From assembly GCA_002937585.1 (NCBI GenBank), contig PTKE01000002.1, forward strand, positions 912 to 64,911: a stretch of 64,000 nucleotides of DNA. The letters are read 5' to 3'. Of the stretch, positions 9,740-18,645 are shown in pieces; position 1 is the stretch's first letter; every line of letters begins with the position of its first letter. This DNA is from Alphaproteobacteria bacterium MarineAlpha9_Bin6. GTDB lineage: Bacteria; Pseudomonadota; Alphaproteobacteria; UBA7887. Under the pieces are notes generated by a model, which saw only the letters and a program-made list of their open reading frames with translations, ran no database searches and had not been told where the DNA came from. The position numbers were made by a program, and so were the translations under genes.

Positions 9740-11242
9740 TTACCAAATCGATGTGCCGGTTCCGGGCAGGCCGTACGCAGCCCACTTCTCCGTGACCCTC
9801 GCAATTACATCCTCGGTCATCGAGATCTTACGCCCCCACTCGCGGCTTGTTTCTGGGGGGATCTTATTGGTTGCGTCTAGTCCCATCTTCCCCCCAAGCC
9901 CCGGGTTTGGACTTGCAAAATCAAGATAATCGATCGGCGTATTGTCCAGCAATGTAACGTCGCGTACCGGATCCATCCGAGTTGCTACCGCCCACATTAC
10001 ATCCCGCCAATTTCGTGCGTCGATGTCATCGTCAACGACGATGACTATTTTTGTGTAGAGAAATTGACGCAAGTACGACCAGACACTCATCATGATCCGC
10101 TTGGCGTGCCCAGGGTAGGTTTTTTTTATTGAAACTATGGCAATACGGTAACTGCATCCCTCGGGCGGCAACCAAAAATCAACAATTTCAGGAAACTGCT
10201 GTGTCAGTAGTGGAATAAATAATTCGTTTAGCGCTTCGCCAAGTACACTCGGTTCGTCTGGCGGGCGGCCAGTAAAAGTGGATAAGTAAATTGGATTGTG
10301 TCGGCGTGTTATGGCGCTAATCGTAAACACGGGAAATTTCTCAGAAGAGTTGTAATAGCCTGTGTGATCGCCGTATGGGCCTTCGTCCCGATAATCGTCC
10401 AATGATACATGCCCTTCGAGCACTATTTCGGCTTCAGCGGGAACTTTAAGAGGGACTGTTTTGCAATTTACCAATTTCGTTTTTTTGCCCCGAAGTAGGC
10501 CGGCGAACTGGTATTCTGATAGAGATTCGGGAACCGGCGTGACGGCTGCAAGGATGGTAGCTGGATCGGCACCGATTACCGCTGCAGCCGGTAGAGGTTC
10601 CGGCCGCTCATTGGACCAACTTTGATAATGTTGGGCGCCTCCGCGGTGAGAGAGCCAACGCATTAAAGTTTGGTTGCGTCCTATGACCTGCATTCTGTAT
10701 ACGCCGAGATTAAAATTGTCCTCGTCTTTATTTCCGGGGCCTTTTGTGACCACGAGAGGCCACGTTATCAATGGAGCTGGCTCGTTCGGCCAACAGGTTT
10801 GTATGGGCATTGTTGCAAGATCGATGTCTTTTCCTTTGATGAGAAGCTCTTGAACAGACCCAGTTCGGAGAGTTTTCGGCTTCATTGCCATTGCGGTCTT
10901 GATGAGAGGAAACATTCCCATGGCCTCGCGCCAACCACCGGGTGGTTCGGGTTGCCGGAGCGCTGCCAATGTTTCTCCGAGATCTCTCAATTGACTAGGT
11001 TCTCGGTCCATGCCCCACGCAACACGTTTGGTGGTTCCAAAGAGGTTTACCAAAACAGGCATGTCGAATCGGTGCTTAGAGTCGACAACGTTTTCGAATA
11101 AAACTGCTGGTCCCTGTTGAGCAAGCAGGCGAGTTTGAATTTCCGTCATTTCCAGGACCGGTGATACAGGTTCGGAGACACGAACTAACTCGCCGGATTT
11201 TTCCAAGCGTTCGACAAAATCGCGCAAGCTCCCGTAAGGCAT
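9740..11242 (-). CDS. ubiD: UbiD family decarboxylase (4-hydroxy-3-polyprenylbenzoate decarboxylase)
   Basis: [53 protein letters not shown]; downstream of ubiA. Confidence 0.93.
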   Translation of the reverse strand: MPYGSLRDFVERLEKSGELVRVSEPVSPVLEMTEIQTRLLAQQGPAVLFENVVDSKHRFDMPVLVNLFGTTKRVAWGMDREPSQLRDLGETLAALRQPEPPGGWREAMGMFPLIKTAMAMKPKTLRTGSVQELLIKGKDIDLATMPIQTCWPNEPAPLITWPLVVTKGPGNKDEDNFNLGVYRMQVIGRNQTLMRWLSHRGGAQHYQSWSNERPEPLPAAAVIGADPATILAAVTPVPESLSEYQFAGLLRGKKTKLVNCKTVPLKVPAEAEIVLEGHVSLDDYRDEGPYGDHTGYYNSSEKFPVFTISAITRRHNPIYLSTFTGRPPDEPSVLGEALNELFIPLLTQQFPEIVDFWLPPEGCSYRIAIVSIKKTYPGHAKRIMMSVWSYLRQFLYTKIVIVVDDDIDARNWRDVMWAVATRMDPVRDVTLLDNTPIDYLDFASPNPGLGGKMGLDATNKIPPETSREWGRKISMTEDVIARVTEKWAAYGLPGTGTSIW

Positions 11243-11328
11243 TTTTTTAATTCTTTCGGACTTGGCCCTTGAAATAGGGGCTCCCTAACTAGGTTTGTCA
11301 AACTCGATGCGTGCTGCACTCTTTAATT

Positions 11329-12177
11329 TTAGCTAGCGAGAAAGCCAGCGAAAACAATAGCTGCAAAATAATGATTCGATTTAAACATCGTAAGGCAACT
11401 TTCAGGGTCGTCAAAGTCGACTGCATTCGCCTGCCAGGCGAGTTGAATACCTGCAATTGTTAGCCCTACGTAAGCTGGCCAATTGAGATCTGCAAGTAAC
11501 GCCGAAGCCGTTAGGCCCAACATCGTTAAAGAATAGAACACCGGTATTGCCAGCCGACTATATCGGCCAAGCCAGAGCGCTGATGATTTGACACCAATCA
11601 ACGCGTCATCGTCCTTATCTTGATGAGCGTAAATGGTGTCATATCCGAGAGTCCAAGCAACACCAGATCCATATAACACAAACACTTGCCAATCGAGTGA
11701 TCCCTTTACGGCTGACCAAGCGACTAGTGCCCCCCAGTTAAACGTCAACCCTAGCCAAATTTGCGGCCACCAGGTGATACGCTTCATAAAAGGATAGGCG
11801 ACAATTAGTGGAATGGAACAAAGGCCTATGAATACTGCTGTGTCGTTTAATTGCAACAGAATCAGCAATCCAGCTAGGCTTAGTGCGGACATAAATAGAA
11901 GGGCACGTATTACGGAGATTTGGCCACTTGCAATTGGTCTGTTTCGGGTGCGTGCGACAAGAGCGTCAAAGTCGCGATCGACGATGTCGTTAAAGATACA
12001 GCCCGCGCCACGCATCACGATTGCGCCGAGCAGAAACAGCAACAAGAAATTAAGTATTTCTTCAATCGTTGAGCTTGTAAGTGCCACAGCCAGCCAGCAG
12101 GGCCACAAAAGCAACCAATAGCCGATTGGGGCGTCTGCACGGATAAGCTGTAAATATGGCAATGCGGAGCGCAACAT
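11329..12177 (-). CDS. ubiA: 4-hydroxybenzoate polyprenyltransferase
   Basis: MRGAGCIFNDIVDRDFD..V.RT..RP, YPFMKR, YDTIYAHQD..DD..IGVKS. Confidence 0.95.
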   Translation of the reverse strand: MLRSALPYLQLIRADAPIGYWLLLWPCWLAVALTSSTIEEILNFLLLFLLGAIVMRGAGCIFNDIVDRDFDALVARTRNRPIASGQISVIRALLFMSALSLAGLLILLQLNDTAVFIGLCSIPLIVAYPFMKRITWWPQIWLGLTFNWGALVAWSAVKGSLDWQVFVLYGSGVAWTLGYDTIYAHQDKDDDALIGVKSSALWLGRYSRLAIPVFYSLTMLGLTASALLADLNWPAYVGLTIAGIQLAWQANAVDFDDPESCLTMFKSNHYFAAIVFAGFLAS

Positions 12178-12319
12178 TAATTTATACTTGGATGTTTCAG
12201 GTACCTTTAAGGGTGTGGGCGCTTTATTGGGTTTGAGTCGGGTGCTACGGCGGTTCCTTCGGTGTATGACATAACATGCTTATCTTTTATTTTAGTGGCT
12301 ATTTGGAATATTTCCGATC

Positions 12320-13069
12320 ATGCAAGGTGACAACGATAGTTCCGTGATTGCGCGTCTTTTCGTCGATACATCACTTAAGGCCCAGCAAGCGTTGAAAGCG
12401 AGCTCTTCTCAGGCGCATTATTTGCGACACGTGCTACGCGCTCAGACCGGGTCTCTGGTTGCCGTGTTTAATGGGATGGACGGAGAGTGGTTGGCACGAG
12501 TGAATTTGAGACATAGATCCAACTGTTCATTCATGGTCGAGCAACAACGTCGTCCCCAAGCGGAGGAGCACGGACCCTGGTTGCTGTTTGCGCCGGTCAA
12601 GCAGTTGAGGCTTGATTATTTGATCCAAAAATCCGTGGAGTTGGGTGTCGAATTGATTCAGCCGGTGCGGACCCGAAGGACGGTTGTGAGGAAAATTAAT
12701 CCAGATCGTCTTCATGCAAATGCGATCGAAGCGGCTGAACAATGCGGACGTTTGACCGTTCCTAAAACCTGCAACTATGCCGATATTTCGGATGTGGTAG
12801 AAGGTTGGCCAGTGAATCGAATGTTATTTTGGGGTGACGAAACTGGCCAGGGGACACCGGCATTGCCCGCCTTCAGGGAGGGTGGTAGGGATGCGGCGTT
12901 CTTAATTGGTCCCGAAGGCGGGTTTGAAAATTCGGAGCGCACGTTCTTGAGGGAGCAGCATTTTACTCGGGCCATTGATTTGGGGTCACGTGTTTTGCGT
13001 TCTGATACAGCTGCCATAGCGGCACTGGCCTTATGGCAAGGTGCACTTAACGATATTGCTGTAGCGTAG
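12320..13069 (+). CDS. rsmE: 16S rRNA m3U1498 methyltransferase
   Basis: HYLRHVLR, QKSVELGV, EAAEQCGR, IGPEGG, LG.RVLR.DTA. Confidence 0.95.
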   Translation: MQGDNDSSVIARLFVDTSLKAQQALKASSSQAHYLRHVLRAQTGSLVAVFNGMDGEWLARVNLRHRSNCSFMVEQQRRPQAEEHGPWLLFAPVKQLRLDYLIQKSVELGVELIQPVRTRRTVVRKINPDRLHANAIEAAEQCGRLTVPKTCNYADISDVVEGWPVNRMLFWGDETGQGTPALPAFREGGRDAAFLIGPEGGFENSERTFLREQHFTRAIDLGSRVLRSDTAAIAALALWQGALNDIAVA

Positions 13070-13164
13070 TGTAGAACAAGGCTAATTGCCGTTGCCAACA
13101 ATCGAGTTTATTTAGGCGTGCCGGCTTTGCTCTAACGGAGCGCTGGTCATTATCGGGAGGATGG

Positions 13165-14526
13165 ATGAGTCACGCTATTGAAAGCGATGAGCGGGTTACT
13201 GATAAACGGACTCTGATCGAATACCTCGAGCAGGGTTGTAGGCCCAAAGCCGATTGGCGAATTGGCACTGAGCACGAAAAAATCGGCTATCAACTGGATG
13301 ATCTCCGCCCTTTGCCATACGAGGGTGACTTCGGTATTTGCGCGATGCTCAAGGGATTGCAACGGTTTGATTGGTTGCCGGTGTTTGAACGCGGGAATGT
13401 CATCGCACTTACAAAGGATGGCCAATCCATCAGTTTGGAGCCAGGCGGGCAATTTGAGCTGTCTGGTGCAATGCTTGAGACAATTCATGAGACCTGTGCG
13501 GAGGTCAATGCTCATCTTGGGCAAGTCCGGGAGGTTGCTGAGGAGCTTGGGGTTGGATTTATTGGTATCGGCATGCAGCCAAAATGGGGACGCAACGTAA
13601 TTCCAGTAATGCCCAAAAGACGATACGATATCATGCGTGCCTATATGCCCACAAAGGGCGATAGGGGTCTTGATATGATGCTCCGAACCTGCACCGTGCA
13701 AGTCAACCTGGACTTCGCTTCAGAAGCAGACATGGTAAAGAAATTTCGGATTGCGCTCGCGCTTCAACCAATCGCAACTGCTTTGTTTGCTAATTCACCT
13801 TTCGTGGATGGGAAACCGAGCGGTTTTTTGAGCACTCGATCAGAGACCTGGTTTGATACCGATCCAGACCGTTGTGGAATCCCTAGGTTCGTATTTGAGG
13901 AAGGGATGAGCTTTGAACGTTATGTCGACTTTGCACTTGACGTTCCCATGTATTTCGTTCGCCGGGGTGATGATTATATCGATGCGAGTGGTCAGTCCTT
14001 TCGTGATTTCCTAACCGGGGAACTGCCGGCTTTACCCAGGGAACAGCCGACTTTTGGTGACTGGTCCGATCATCTAACGACTATTTTCACCGAGGTCCGG
14101 CTCAAACAATTTCTGGAAATGCGTGGCGCTGACGCCGGTTCTTGGAACAGGCTGTGTGCGCTGCCAGCGCTGTGGGTTGGATTGCTTTATGATTCATCTT
14201 CTCTAGATGCTGCTGCCGAATTGGTTAGGGATTGGAAGTATGAAGAAATCGTAGACCTAAGAGCGAAGGCAGCTCGCAGTGGGCTCAGGGCCGATTTTCG
14301 AGGATCCTCTGTGCGGGACATTGCTGACCAGATGCTTGATTTGGCGTCAGAAGGGCTTAAACGCCGCGCTTGTTTAGACAACGCTGGCAGTGATGAGACA
14401 GGCTTTCTGACACCGCTTCGCGGTGTTGTCCAATCAGGCCGCACGTTGAGTGAGGAATTGCTCGACGCTTTTAATGGCCGTTGGAGCAAGACGGTTGACC
14501 CGTTGTTTGGTGAATTCTCTTATTAA
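13165..14526 (+). CDS. gshA: Glutamate--cysteine ligase (alphaproteobacterial/plant type)
   Basis: WRIGTEHEK, SLEPGGQFELSGA, MPK.RY, TCTVQVNLD, EVRLKQFLEMRGAD. Confidence 0.95.
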   Translation: MSHAIESDERVTDKRTLIEYLEQGCRPKADWRIGTEHEKIGYQLDDLRPLPYEGDFGICAMLKGLQRFDWLPVFERGNVIALTKDGQSISLEPGGQFELSGAMLETIHETCAEVNAHLGQVREVAEELGVGFIGIGMQPKWGRNVIPVMPKRRYDIMRAYMPTKGDRGLDMMLRTCTVQVNLDFASEADMVKKFRIALALQPIATALFANSPFVDGKPSGFLSTRSETWFDTDPDRCGIPRFVFEEGMSFERYVDFALDVPMYFVRRGDDYIDASGQSFRDFLTGELPALPREQPTFGDWSDHLTTIFTEVRLKQFLEMRGADAGSWNRLCALPALWVGLLYDSSSLDAAAELVRDWKYEEIVDLRAKAARSGLRADFRGSSVRDIADQMLDLASEGLKRRACLDNAGSDETGFLTPLRGVVQSGRTLSEELLDAFNGRWSKTVDPLFGEFSY

Positions 14527-14654
14527 CCGAGTTACCCTAATCGTGTGAGAGTCGCTGGTGTTCTATCCGTGCTGTAAGGACCTTCCGGAATTATTGAAGA
14601 CTTTTATCAATCAGGGCTATACCAACTGAATAGCTACTAACCAGAGGAAGTGCG

Positions 14655-15542
14655 ATGGCAAGTATTAATATCGAGTTTTCACGATTTTCGGCCTTCTATA
14701 CTCCTCTGATCATGACGATGGCCGGGGGCTTTTTGCAGCGTGAGGACCTTGAACCTCAATATAGTGTTTCCCCAGCTGGCACGTCCGCAATAGCCTCTTT
14801 GGTTGACGGATCCGTGCACGTCGTACAATCGGCACCGTCGCAAGCTTTTGCACTTCTAGAAAAAAACGAAATTCCCCCGGTAACTCACTTTGCCCAAATT
14901 AACGAAATGGATGGATTTTTTTTAAGTGGTAGAACCATCGATCCAGATTTTTCCTGGTCCAAACTGGTGGGCAAAAAAGTATTAGTGGATCATGGAGGGC
15001 AACCACTGGCTATGTTCAAGTATGCGTGCTTCAAAAAAGGCATAGACTTCACTGACATTGGCGTCGTTGATGCAGGTACGACCGATGAAATGGAGGATGC
15101 ATTTCGAGCCGGAGAAGGGGATTACGTTCACGCGCAGGGTCCCACACCACAGCAATTAGAGAAAAATGGTGTCGGCCACGTGGTCGCTTCAGTTGGTGAA
15201 GCAATTGGTCCATGTGCGTTTTCAAGTTTGGCTGCGATGCGTGATTGGTTGAACGGTGACATGGCTGCAGCTTTCATGAGGGCCTACCGTAACGCTCGAC
15301 AATTGATTAACAGCGCGCCTGCATCTGAAATTGCACAAATGGAGAGAGATTATTTTCCCAAAGTTGACTTGGATGTGCTCACTGACACTATCGGTTTTTA
15401 TCAGGGGTTAGGCTGTTGGACTCCGCACGTCGAAATTACGCATAACGCATTTGAGGCGGCCCTCGATATATTTTTGCATGCGGGCACGATTTCGAAGCGC
15501 CATGCCTATGAGTTGGCAATCTCAGCCCCGCCAGCCGCATAA
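14655..15542 (+). CDS. NMT1/THI5/SsuA-like periplasmic-binding-fold protein, orphan, no signal peptide
   Basis: FYTPL...AGGF...E.L N-terminus, DGFFL.GR, F.W..L.GK, G.GDY; no permease or ATPase adjacent. Confidence 0.7.
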   Translation: MASINIEFSRFSAFYTPLIMTMAGGFLQREDLEPQYSVSPAGTSAIASLVDGSVHVVQSAPSQAFALLEKNEIPPVTHFAQINEMDGFFLSGRTIDPDFSWSKLVGKKVLVDHGGQPLAMFKYACFKKGIDFTDIGVVDAGTTDEMEDAFRAGEGDYVHAQGPTPQQLEKNGVGHVVASVGEAIGPCAFSSLAAMRDWLNGDMAAAFMRAYRNARQLINSAPASEIAQMERDYFPKVDLDVLTDTIGFYQGLGCWTPHVEITHNAFEAALDIFLHAGTISKRHAYELAISAPPAA

Positions 15543-15652
15543 ACATTTTTAAGGCCCTTACAAGGGTGTTTTTGTCTCATCTCAGACATGGTTATCTGCT
15601 ACGGAGAACTAGCGAGAGCTTCACGTCGGGCTGTAATGCGTCAGTTGCTATT

Positions 15653-17092
15653 TTATTCGAGTGCCTCGGTGCCGCCTACGGTGAGCCCATCAATTAACAG
15701 GGTAGGCTGGCCTACGCCCACTGGCACTAATTGTCCGTTTTTTCCGCAGGTACCGATGCCTGGATCAAACTCCATGTCGTTACCGACAGCTTTGACCTTT
15801 TTGAGAACTTCAAAACCGCTTCCAATAAGGGTTGCTCCCTTCACGGGTGCACCTATTGCCCCGTCCTTAATTTTGTAGGCTTCTGAAGCAGAAAATACAA
15901 ATTTTCCATTAGTGATATCAACCTGACCACCACCAAAATTCACTGCGTAAAGGCCGTTTTTTACCGAGCGCAAAATGTCCTCTGGGTGGTCCTTCCCAGC
16001 GCACATAATTGTATTCCGCATGCGTGGCATAGGCTGATGTGCAAAACTCTGGCGTCGCCCATTGCCCGTCGATCGTGTTCCCATCAGCCGCGCATTCATG
16101 CGGTCTTGCATATACGCAACCAAGATACCGTCTTCGATGAGTGTGGTTGATTGAGTGGGTGTGCCTTCGTCATCGATGGATAGTGATCCGCGGCGGTCGG
16201 TGATTACACCATCGTCCACCACCGTAACTCCAGGTGCAGCCACCCTCTCACCCATCAGGCCAGAAAACACGCTTGTCTTCTTCCTGTTGAAGTCGCCTTC
16301 TAGACCGTGGCCAATGGCCTCGTGCAACAGGATACCTGGCCAGCCGGGTCCGAGAACAACCTGCATTTCACCCGCAGGAGCTGGGTCAGCTTCCAGCAAT
16401 ATGTGTGCTTGGCGCAAAGCTTCATCAACATGGCTTTGCCAAGTCTCGGGTGCTAGCAGCAGATCATATCCGAACCGCCCCCCCGAACCGTAGCTGCCGC
16501 TCTCCATATGTTTATTGTCACCGATAACAACGGATACGCTAAGACGGACGAGAGGTCGGATATCCCCCGCAAGTTCGCCTCCAGATCGCATAATTTCAAC
16601 TGCTTGCCAGTTTCCGGTGAGTGATGCCATTACTTGGCGCACACGAGGGTCCTTTGTCCGGGCATAGGCGTCAATATCTTGCAATAACTTTACTTTAGTC
16701 TCGAATGGTGTTTCTTGAAGCGGGTTATCGTCTACATAAAGCTGCTGGTTTGTAGCTGCTGGCGCTGTTTCCATTTGGCCCGCTGCTCCGGATCGGACTG
16801 CTTTTACGGTGTCGCTCGCCCGTCGTATCGCATCTTCACTTAATTCCGACGCGTGACCATACCCTGTCGCTTCTCCAGAAATTGCGCGCAAACCGAATCC
16901 CTGTGAAGTATCAAAACTGGCTGCTTTAAGTTTGCCGTCATCGAAGGAAAAACTCTCAGATTGACGGTATTCTAAAAATAATTCACCGTCATCCGCACCG
17001 TGGAGTGCGTCACTCACGATTGACTCTACCCTTGCAGGTTCCAGGTCGGTACGGTCAAAAAACAATTTGTTGAGTTGGGCAATATCGGTCAT
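15653..17092 (-). CDS. tldD: Metalloprotease TldD
   Basis: DDGELFLE, DIRPLVRL, HEAIGHGLEGDFNRK, PMPRM.NT, CGKNGQ.VPV.VGQP; ATG 17092 preferred over 17293. Confidence 0.95.
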   Translation of the reverse strand: MTDIAQLNKLFFDRTDLEPARVESIVSDALHGADDGELFLEYRQSESFSFDDGKLKAASFDTSQGFGLRAISGEATGYGHASELSEDAIRRASDTVKAVRSGAAGQMETAPAATNQQLYVDDNPLQETPFETKVKLLQDIDAYARTKDPRVRQVMASLTGNWQAVEIMRSGGELAGDIRPLVRLSVSVVIGDNKHMESGSYGSGGRFGYDLLLAPETWQSHVDEALRQAHILLEADPAPAGEMQVVLGPGWPGILLHEAIGHGLEGDFNRKKTSVFSGLMGERVAAPGVTVVDDGVITDRRGSLSIDDEGTPTQSTTLIEDGILVAYMQDRMNARLMGTRSTGNGRRQSFAHQPMPRMRNTIMCAGKDHPEDILRSVKNGLYAVNFGGGQVDITNGKFVFSASEAYKIKDGAIGAPVKGATLIGSGFEVLKKVKAVGNDMEFDPGIGTCGKNGQLVPVGVGQPTLLIDGLTVGGTEALE

Positions 17093-17146
17093 TAGTGAGA
17101 TCCTAGGTTTCGGGCATTTTCTGCGATGAACGAACTGTCTAATATG

Positions 17147-17166
17147 TACCTCATCCACTTGAGGTA
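17147..17166. promoter_or_regulatory. Perfect 7-bp inverted repeat (TACCTCA-N6-TGAGGTA) in the divergent tldD / tpx-like intergenic region
   Basis: Read directly from the sequence; the right arm contains the GAGG upstream of ATG 17179. Confidence 0.4.
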
Positions 17167-17178
17167 GCCAACCAAACG

Positions 17179-17637
17179 ATGGTTTCAGGCACACCTCAAT
17201 CTTCGTATATAGTTGTAGATGGCATATCCTTGCCCTTAAACAGGACCCCCCCAACTCCTGGTGCCGTTGTAGTGGGGCCACAAAGAGGCCCAAGGGTAGT
17301 GCTTACCATGCCGACTTTCGACGGGTATGATCCCCTTCCCGCACAGAGTTTTTCGGAAGCGGCAGAAGTCTCTTCCCAATCGTGGCTTTGTTTGGCTGTC
17401 AGCCTTGATTATCCGCCGATTCGCGAGGCTTGGGGTGAGACTGCTGGATGGTTAGCGCCTGCGGTCGATTTTGCCGACTTTAAGGAACAGTTTGGGGTGT
17501 TTGCACCGCGCCTCGGCCTTCTCGTGCCAGCTTTATTCGTAATTGATACATCGGATCGCCTGCTTTATTGCGAGGTTGTAAACGCACTTGATGCTAAGGT
17601 TGATTTCAACGCGGCCCGTGAAGTGCTGCTAGGCTAA
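17179..17637 (+). CDS. Thiol peroxidase (Tpx)-fold protein lacking catalytic Cys/Thr/Arg
   Basis: Aligns by eye to Tpx: RVVLTMPTFD, AVSLDYP, FKEQFGV, GLLVPALFVID, Y.EVV.....VDFNAA; active-site residues replaced. Confidence 0.65.
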   Translation: MVSGTPQSSYIVVDGISLPLNRTPPTPGAVVVGPQRGPRVVLTMPTFDGYDPLPAQSFSEAAEVSSQSWLCLAVSLDYPPIREAWGETAGWLAPAVDFADFKEQFGVFAPRLGLLVPALFVIDTSDRLLYCEVVNALDAKVDFNAAREVLLG

Positions 17638-17694
17638 TGTCTCCATAAACCAAACTTTAAGTTGACCATCATGACTTTGCCTCTTGAAAACATT

Positions 17695-18645
17695 ATGAAA
17701 TTTGGTGTGCAGACAATTTACCGTCGGACGGAGCCCGCTGTGGGTCCATGGACGCCAGATACAGAGGATGCACGGCGTCTTATTCGACTAGTTGATAATT
17801 TGGGTTACGATTCAATGTGGGTTGGAGATCACGTTGCATTTACAATTCCGATACTTGAATCCATTACCCAATTATCCTGGGCGTGCGGACAAAGTGAACG
17901 GCTCACCTTCGGGACGGGTATTTATCTGCTCCCTTTGCGCCATCCCACGCCAGTGGCTAAAGCGATTTCAACCCTTGATCATCTTTGTGGCGGGAAGCTG
18001 ATTTTCGGCGTTGGTGTTGGTGGGGAGTTTCCAAATGAATTTGAGGCCTGTGGAATACCGGTAAATGAACGCGGAGCGCGCTTGAACGAAGGCATAGCCG
18101 TGTTAAGGAAGCTGTGGCATGGCGGAAAGGTGAGCAACGACGGCAAGTTTTACCCATTCCCCGACATTGAACTGCTGCCAACGCCGCTCCAGAAAGGTGG
18201 TCCGCCAATCTGGTGTGGTGGGCGCTCAGAAGGTGCTCTGGCCCGAGCCGGTAAACTTTGCGATGGTTATATCTCCTATGTTGTAACTCCTGAAATGTTC
18301 AGCGACTCCATGGAGAAGATCAGTGCCGCCGCTGAGGCTGCGGGCCGTGATGTGGAAGCGTATGGCACTGGGCATCTCTTATTCTTGCGTATCGACGACA
18401 GTTACGAGAAAGCACTGGACGCTGCGACAGAAGCATTGAGTGTGCGCTATGCGATGGATTTTCGTCGCCCCGCGCAAAAATATTGTGCACTCGGCCCACC
18501 GGCAGATATTGCCGCTAAAATAGAGGCCTTTAAGGCCGCTGGAGTGCGTCATTTTGTGCTCGATTTTGTTGGGCCCTATGAGCAACGGGACCAGCAGATT
18601 ACGCGCTTCGCTAAAGAAGTACGCCCATTGTTGGGTGTGGCTTAG
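17695..18645 (+). CDS. LLM-class (luciferase-like) flavin-dependent oxidoreductase
   Basis: MKFG, GYDSMWVGDH, LPLRHP..VAK..STLD.L.GG.L.FGVG.G, PPIW.GG; TAG stop overlaps the GTG start of the next gene. Confidence 0.88.
   Translation: MKFGVQTIYRRTEPAVGPWTPDTEDARRLIRLVDNLGYDSMWVGDHVAFTIPILESITQLSWACGQSERLTFGTGIYLLPLRHPTPVAKAISTLDHLCGGKLIFGVGVGGEFPNEFEACGIPVNERGARLNEGIAVLRKLWHGGKVSNDGKFYPFPDIELLPTPLQKGGPPIWCGGRSEGALARAGKLCDGYISYVVTPEMFSDSMEKISAAAEAAGRDVEAYGTGHLLFLRIDDSYEKALDAATEALSVRYAMDFRRPAQKYCALGPPADIAAKIEAFKAAGVRHFVLDFVGPYEQRDQQITRFAKEVRPLLGVA

Noticed and set aside
9740..11242. UbiD as HmfF (furandicarboxylate decarboxylase) belonging to the hmf cluster
   Set aside because: It has canonical ubiquinone-type UbiD motifs, follows ubiA, and is 6 kb away on the other strand
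13150..13701. Long antisense ORFs (e.g. 13150-13701, 42896-43441, 62481-63068)
   Set aside because: Shadows of well-conserved genes on the opposite strand with no recognisable motifs
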